The notes under the pieces were generated by a model. The model was given only the letters and a program-made list of their open reading frames with translations, had not been told where the DNA came from and ran no database searches. The position numbers were made by a program, and so were the translations under genes. Positions 36,105-42,091 of a stretch of DNA of 42,091 nucleotides are shown here, in pieces. The DNA lies in NCBI GenBank assembly GCA_002104945.1, contig MCFH01000113.1:1-42091 (forward strand). The letters run 5' to 3'. Position 1 is the first letter of the stretch. Each line of letters begins with the position of its first letter. The stretch is from Piromyces finnis finn (taxonomy: Eukaryota > Fungi > Neocallimastigomycota).

Positions 36105-37013
36105 ATGAGTACGGGAGCTGATAAATCTATTGACTTTGCTAAATTAATGAAGGAATTAAAGCATGTCACTAGATTAACCGAAGATAATTTGGACATTAAG
36201 ACTTGGTATAGTCAATTAAAGTATTGGACTATGCTTCAAGATGTTAAAAGTCCAAAAATGGTGTTTCTAGCTTGTTTGTTTACTACTACAGGAACACCAA
36301 ATGAACTTATTCAAGAGTTGAATCCTAATAAGGACTTCGAAAGTGATGAAGACAGTGAAGATAGTGATGAAGAAGATGAAGGTAGAGGAAAGAGAAGAGC
36401 TCACTACCCTTCCCTTAAAAAGATAGTCACTATGTTAGAAGAATTTTATGGAGTAAAGGAAGATCAAATAGAACTTCTCAAGGAGCTTAGGGATATGCGA
36501 ATCAAAAAGAATGAAAAAGTAAAAGACTTCAACATAAGGTACCGTTCCTTGTATGTCAAACTAGACAAGAAGCGTAGAAGGAAAGTAGATGTTGAAGATT
36601 ACTTAGATTCCATTGAGCCTAACTATAAAGCCTGGGAAAATGTGCGTAGGGAAAAAGAAGTTACCTTAGCAGAAGCCTACAAGCTTGCCGAAGATGGGGA
36701 CAGACTAAATTTAAGAAATCGTCATAAAGCTAACAATTATGATGTATCCACCTCTTCTAACTCTGATAAAAGATATAAAAATAAATATGAAAGAAAAGAA
36801 GATAGCTATGAAAGGAACAAGAAGCCAACAATAGCGAATTATGGTAATGATAAGAAAGATCCTATGAATGAGTTGACGGAGAAAATGAGAAACTTAACTA
36901 TCAAAACTTGCTACTTTTGCAACGAGAAGGGACACTTTCAATATCATTGTCCTAAGCTGAGTGCCATAGTAGAAGAAAACAAACAAAAGGCCAGAAAAGG
37001 TCATTTAAATTAG
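36105..37013 (+). CDS. gag: Gag with C-terminal CCHC zinc knuckle
   Basis: First ATG at 36105; CYFCNEKGHFQYHC; located between PBS and pol. Confidence 0.9.
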   Translation: MSTGADKSIDFAKLMKELKHVTRLTEDNLDIKTWYSQLKYWTMLQDVKSPKMVFLACLFTTTGTPNELIQELNPNKDFESDEDSEDSDEEDEGRGKRRAHYPSLKKIVTMLEEFYGVKEDQIELLKELRDMRIKKNEKVKDFNIRYRSLYVKLDKKRRRKVDVEDYLDSIEPNYKAWENVRREKEVTLAEAYKLAEDGDRLNLRNRHKANNYDVSTSSNSDKRYKNKYERKEDSYERNKKPTIANYGNDKKDPMNELTEKMRNLTIKTCYFCNEKGHFQYHCPKLSAIVEENKQKARKGHLN

Positions 37014-40000
37014 ATAGTGGGAGAAGAAGCACTCCCAGTAATCCAAAAATAGCTTCACTTAATAACAGTTCAGTTGATAATAATGAGTACTCTGAATATT
37101 CTGAGTATTCTGACTTATCAGATAATGAAGAAATATCTTCTATTGAAGATAAAATTATTGCTGCAGCTAAAAGAAAAGCTAATGATGAAGAAGACTCTTC
37201 CAAGAAAAGAGTACAAAAATCATTAAAAGAAGACCCAAGACCAATAGTTACCCCTGCTACTAGGAAGCAACAAGAACGTGAACTCAGTAATGAGAGTTTA
37301 GAATCAGGTTCACCATCACAACCCAAGAACCAACTTGACACGTCTGTTCTGAGTCAACCTAATATTAACAAGGAAAAAGAAAAAAGTAAAAGACTCAGAG
37401 AAAAACAAAGAAGTAAACCACCAACCCCCATAAATAAAGACGAAAGAGAAGAAAACGAAGATATGGAGGTCAGTATTGATACGGAAGATAAAGTAGAAGT
37501 AGAAAAAGCTAAAAAGAAAAATACAGATATTCTACCGACGTTATTGAAAATGACTAAAGATAAAGAAAAAGATAAAACTAAAGAGGAGAAAGTCACACGT
37601 AATATCCAAATGAGAGGTGATACCAGTGATTATGATATTTTTGAAGATTTAAACACAGCTAAATGTGATATTACTTATGGACAGTTATTTAATGTATGCC
37701 CAAAAATAAGAACACAACTTTCCCAAGGACTAAAGTTAGAGAAAGTACAAAGCAAGGTATCAGGTGCATTAAATAACATAGTAGCTACTACAACCTTATT
37801 AAATAATATCTACCATGACTATATAAGTAAGAATAATGAAGCTTCAGAAGAGGATATAGCAATGGTGGATGCGACTGTGGATGGAATACCAGGAAAACTA
37901 CTGGTGGATACGTGTAGTAACTTAAATGTTATTACATCTTCTTTTTACAAAAGACTACCAAAGGAATATGAAGTGGTAGGAATAAGCAAAGGACGTATTC
38001 GACTAGCTACTACTGATGAAGAATACTCTGAGGGTACTGTGGTGTGTATACCAGTTAGAATAGGAGAGGTAGAACTAGTGGTTGACTTCAGAATACTTGA
38101 AAAAGAAGAACCGTTCTATGATATGTTAATAAATTATAAAACTCAAGTAGATAATTTATTATATATAAATCCAGTAACCAAGAGCTTATGTCAAGTGAAA
38201 GAAAGAGGTGTAGTAGAAGAAATAGTACCTATCAATAACCAATATTATAATGAAGGAAAATTGGTATGTACTATTAAGAAGATACCAGATGGAGATACTA
38301 AAAGCTTGAAGTCTATTGAAGGTTTACCACCTCAGGAGTATATACACAATGAGATATTCTTGAACACCTTACCAAAAGATAAACGGAAAGAAATACTCCG
38401 ACTTTTGGAAGAAAACTTAGAGATTATTGCGACGTCTTCTGAGGAATTAACGCCTTCTAAATTATCACCACATAAAATAAATCTAAAGGCTGGTGTAAAA
38501 CCAGTTAAACAAAGAGCTTATAGGTTAACTAAATTTAAATCAGATATACTAAAAGAAGAGTTAACTAAGCTAATAGAAAAAAAGTTAATAGAGCCGTCCT
38601 ATTCAGAATGGTCCTCCCCTGTAGTTCTGGTTCCAAAACATAATGGTAAGTGGAGAATGTGTGTGGACTATAGGAGAGTGAACGACCTCACGGAAAAGGA
38701 CTCTTATTCACTCCCCTATATTGATGAAATATTTGATAGTCTGAACGGAGCCAAAATATTCACTACTATGGACTTATATTCAGGTTATCATCAAATTTCT
38801 ATGCATGAGGAAAGCACTGAGGTTACTAGTTTTACTACCAAGTTTGGTAACTATCAGTTTAAGGTCATGCCGTTTGGGTTAACTAATGCACCAGCAACTT
38901 TTCAGAGGGAAATGAATAAGATATTATTTCCTTTAATAGGAAATTGTGTATATAATTTTATTGATGATGTACTCATATATTCCAAGAGTGTGGAAGAACA
39001 CATGGAACATATTAAGAGAGTATTTGAAATATTGAAAGAAAATGAATTAAAAATAAATCTTGAGAAATGTAGTTTTATGAAGGAAGAAGTAAATGTATTA
39101 GGTCACAGGTTATCTACTAAAGGTTTGAGTCCTTTGGAAAGTAAAATAGAAGCCATAAGGAAGTGGGAAGCTCCAGGAAATATTCATGAGTTACGTTCAT
39201 TTTTGGGTGCAGTAGGATATTATCGAAATTTTATTCCTAATTATTCTCAAGTAACCGCGCCCTTATGTGAGTTATTAAAGAAAAATGTACGATATAAATG
39301 GGAAGAAAAACATGAAAAAGCATTTAAAGTATTAAAAGAAAAACTGATAAACGCTCCCATTTTAAAGTTTCCTGAATTTGATAAGCCTTTTATCATACGT
39401 ACGGACGCGTCGTATGAAGGAGTGGGTGGTGTTTTATTACAAGAAGATGAAACTAACAAAATAGAACACCCGGTACATTATATTAGTCGAAGTCTTAGTA
39501 AAGCGGAGAAGAACTATGGAATAACAGAGTTAGAAGGTGCTGCGTTATTCTTTTGCGTGAGTAAGTTAAAACCTTATATTTTAGGAAACCCGTACACTAC
39601 TATGGTTTATACGGACCATAAACCACTTTTGGGTTTATTTAAAAATAAGGAACCAAATAGTGCACGTCACAACAGATGGTGTCTTACAGTAAGTCAGTTG
39701 GATATTGATATTCAATATGATAAAGGAAAGAATAATGTTATAGCTGATGCATTATCAAGAATGAAGAATAAAGAGGAGAAAAAGATACTGGTAACAAAAA
39801 TTAATAAAACTAATAATGAAGAGTTATTAACCAAAGTTATTAAGGAGTTTATAGCTGAAAAATTTACTACCATAGATGGGAAGGACTATTTCGTAGATGG
39901 TAATAACTTACGTCAGCTAATATCTACTGTAGAAGAAAAAGTAAAGTTAATATTTCAAGCACATAACGTAGGTCATGAAGGTTATTATAAGACTTATCAA

Positions 40001-40979
40001 AGGTTAAAGAAAAATTATTATTGGAATGATATGATAGCGGATATTAAAAGAATTATTAGCAAGTGTGAGAAGTGTCAAGTAAATAGACCACAACCTTATC
40101 CAGAACCAACTGAGGACAAAGCTACTAAAGTGGAAGGACCATTTGTACATCTAGGTTTGGATATTATTGGGCCATTACCTAAGACAAGAAATAGTAAACA
40201 ATATATAATAGTCATAGTTGACTATTTTACTAAATGGGTAGAAGCCGAAGCGGTGGAAACTGTTACTTCTCTGGACGTGATAAAGTTTTTAATAAATGTG
40301 TTTGCAAGACATGGGGTACCACAAGTTATTACTACAGATAATGGAACTCAATTTACCTCAGATATGACAAAGATATTTCTAGACCTATATGACGTATATG
40401 TGAAGTTCACAGTTCCCTACCACCCTGAAAGTAATGGATTAACAGAAAACCGAAATAAGGAAATTGGGAAACTTTAAGACTTTTAGGGAAAGAAAGTAAA
40501 GACTGGGATGAAGTTCTACCTTCCGCGCTTTGGGCCTTAAGAACTACAAAGAATACGGCTACGAAACATTCAAGTTTTGAGCTAGTTTATGGTAGGGAAG
40601 ACCAACAACCTTTTGATATAGCTGCCCGACCCACTAAAGATCAAAACAAGAGTTCCGATGAAATTCTTTTGGAAAAGTTTATAAATCACTACCGATGGAC
40701 CCTAGAAGCTGCTGAAAATGTAAAGACGGCTAATAAATATTGGTCTATGAGAAGAGAAGAAAAATTAAGTATGAACCAAGCTAAGAAAATAAAAGTAGGT
40801 GACCTAGTTTTGGTAAGAAACTTCAGTAGAACAAAATTGGAACCTTACTTTGTAGGACCTCTCAAAGTGGTCCAGAAACAGTTCAATACAGTAGTCTTAG
40901 CAGACCCAGAAACTGGAGTACTATGAACAGAAATGTACATTTCAAAAATGTCGTTAAATATAACTCAGCAACGGAGTAG
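37001..40979 (+). CDS. pol: Pol (PR-RT-RH-IN) in the -1 frame; two single-base frame breaks near 40470 and 40925
   Basis: Open from 37001. LVDTCS; WRMCVDYRRV; FIDD; TDAS; GHEG...CEKC; DIIGP/DNG/ENRN. Shifted frames continue DWDEVLPSALWALRT, YFVGP and RNVHFKNV to a TAG at 40979. Confidence 0.9.
37004..37037 (+). promoter_or_regulatory. Predicted -1 ribosomal frameshift signal
   Basis: T-TTA-AAT heptamer in gag phase, 7-nt spacer, then TGGGAG-8 nt-CTCCCA hairpin; the same layout occurs in element D. Confidence 0.8.
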
Positions 40980-41003
40980 CTTGAGTTTTAACGAAGGGCA
41001 TTC

Positions 41004-41830
41004 TGTTAAGGAATGAACATAAATAGTTGAATTAGCTAGAATTTTAGGAATTAACCTTCAACTATTTATATTCCTTACTAGTGTTTAACTCTATTTTTAA
41101 AATATAAAAATTATAATATATAATTTTTATACATTTTTCTAGTAATTATTCATATTTTTATTATATAGTTATATTATTTGTATATAGTTATTTAAGACCT
41201 TTATTATTAGTATTAGTATAATTACTTATAATATTTTATACTTATAAATTTTACAAAATTTTATTATTATTTAAGGTTTATTTTATTAATTAACTTTATT
41301 GTATAATATTTTATAATTTGAAATTATGACATAGAATTTAATTATAATTTTTACTAAAAGAGGCAACTGTTACACACAAAACAGAAGATACCTCGACAGA
41401 AAAATTATTATTTATGTCTAAAAAAGGGCATAATTAATTGAATAATATAATTTTATTATATGTCATAATAAAATATATAATATATGATATGCAAAAATGT
41501 TACACATATCATAAATTAAAATTTTATTAATTATAAATTAAAAAATTTCTATTCAATATTAAGAGATTATTCATAATATATATTAAGGATTTAATTAATA
41601 TATGTTATAGTGAATGATCCATATATTATGAATGAAATCAATTTAAATCCTTAGCTATCCAAAACCATTAAATTTCAAATAATGGATAGTTGGAAAAAGT
41701 ACGAGGATTTTGAGAAAATTTTTAAAAATTGAAAATCAAAAATAAATTAAATGAATAAAAATTAAAATTAAATAAATTTTTATTTTATAACTATTCAAGT
41801 GTTTTGTGATATCTTATTTGAACCGTAGCA
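41004..41830 (+). repeat. Element F 3' LTR (827 bp)
   Basis: Differs from the 5' LTR by five single-base homopolymer indels only (by eye); preceded by GAAGGG-CATTC. Confidence 0.93.
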
Positions 41831-41834
41831 AATT

Positions 41835-42091
41835 TGATACGCTACTCACATAAAAACATGATAAAAACTAGCTGAATAAACACGACTTAACCCATAGTAA
41901 CTTATAATAAAAATAAACAATAATAACCTTAAAGATGAATGAATAATAATTTTATGAAAATATAACCCTTAAAGATGAATGAATAATAATTTTATGAAAA
42001 ATATAACCCTTTCTTTAAATAAATAATATTCTCTTTTATTATATAATAAATTCTGAGTTAAAAAATGACCTAATAAGTTTGATTTTTAATA
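41835..42091 (+). mobile_element. LTR family D, copy D3 (cut by the window edge)
   Basis: TGATACGCTACTC is the reverse complement of the 7779/12516 ends; includes an internal ~40-bp duplication at ~41925-42010. Confidence 0.88.

Larger units (their letters stand above)
34857..41830 (+). mobile_element. Full-length Ty3/gypsy retrotransposon family F, 4-bp TSD AATT, 17 nt upstream of tRNA-Ser
   Basis: LTRs 34857-35688 and 41004-41830, PBS, gag, -1 frame pol, PPT; AATT at 34853-34856 and 41831-41834. Confidence 0.95.

Noticed and set aside
36952-39459. Minus-strand ORFs of 129, 80 and 70 aa, and the similar 11491-11745 ORF
   Set aside because: Antisense shadows of gypsy pol linkers; no env-like or other domain evidence.

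Overview
This is a very AT-rich eukaryotic window with no recognisable host protein-coding gene. It probably comes from an anaerobic gut fungus (Neocallimastigomycota), inferred from base composition, Asn-rich proteins and element types. It holds five tRNA genes at three loci: Gly(TCC)-Thr(TGT) on +, Cys(GCA) on +, and Ser(GCT)-Met(CAT) on -. Nearly everything else is LTR-retrotransposon DNA: one apparently intact Ty3/gypsy element (34857-41830), one apparently intact Ty1/copia element (26552-32480), a deleted gypsy element (6688-12516), a decayed gypsy fragment (1-1560) and about 18 solo or partial LTRs. I label the LTR families A-O arbitrarily. Main observation: each tRNA locus has an LTR ending 13-17 nt upstream of the first mature tRNA. 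Behind it, further LTRs of different families abut end-to-end, separated by 3-5 nt linkers matching the sequence at that site (AATA, AAAA, AATT). This suggests multi-family, tRNA-anchored insertion stacks that grow from the tRNA-proximal end. Other notable features: a copia primer-binding site (PBS) matching the anticodon arm of tRNA-Lys(CTT) with non-canonical TG...AA LTR ends, a -1 frameshift signal conserved in two gypsy families, and D-(T/S)-C protease motifs. All alignments were done by eye; solo-LTR strand is given as '.' where unknown.
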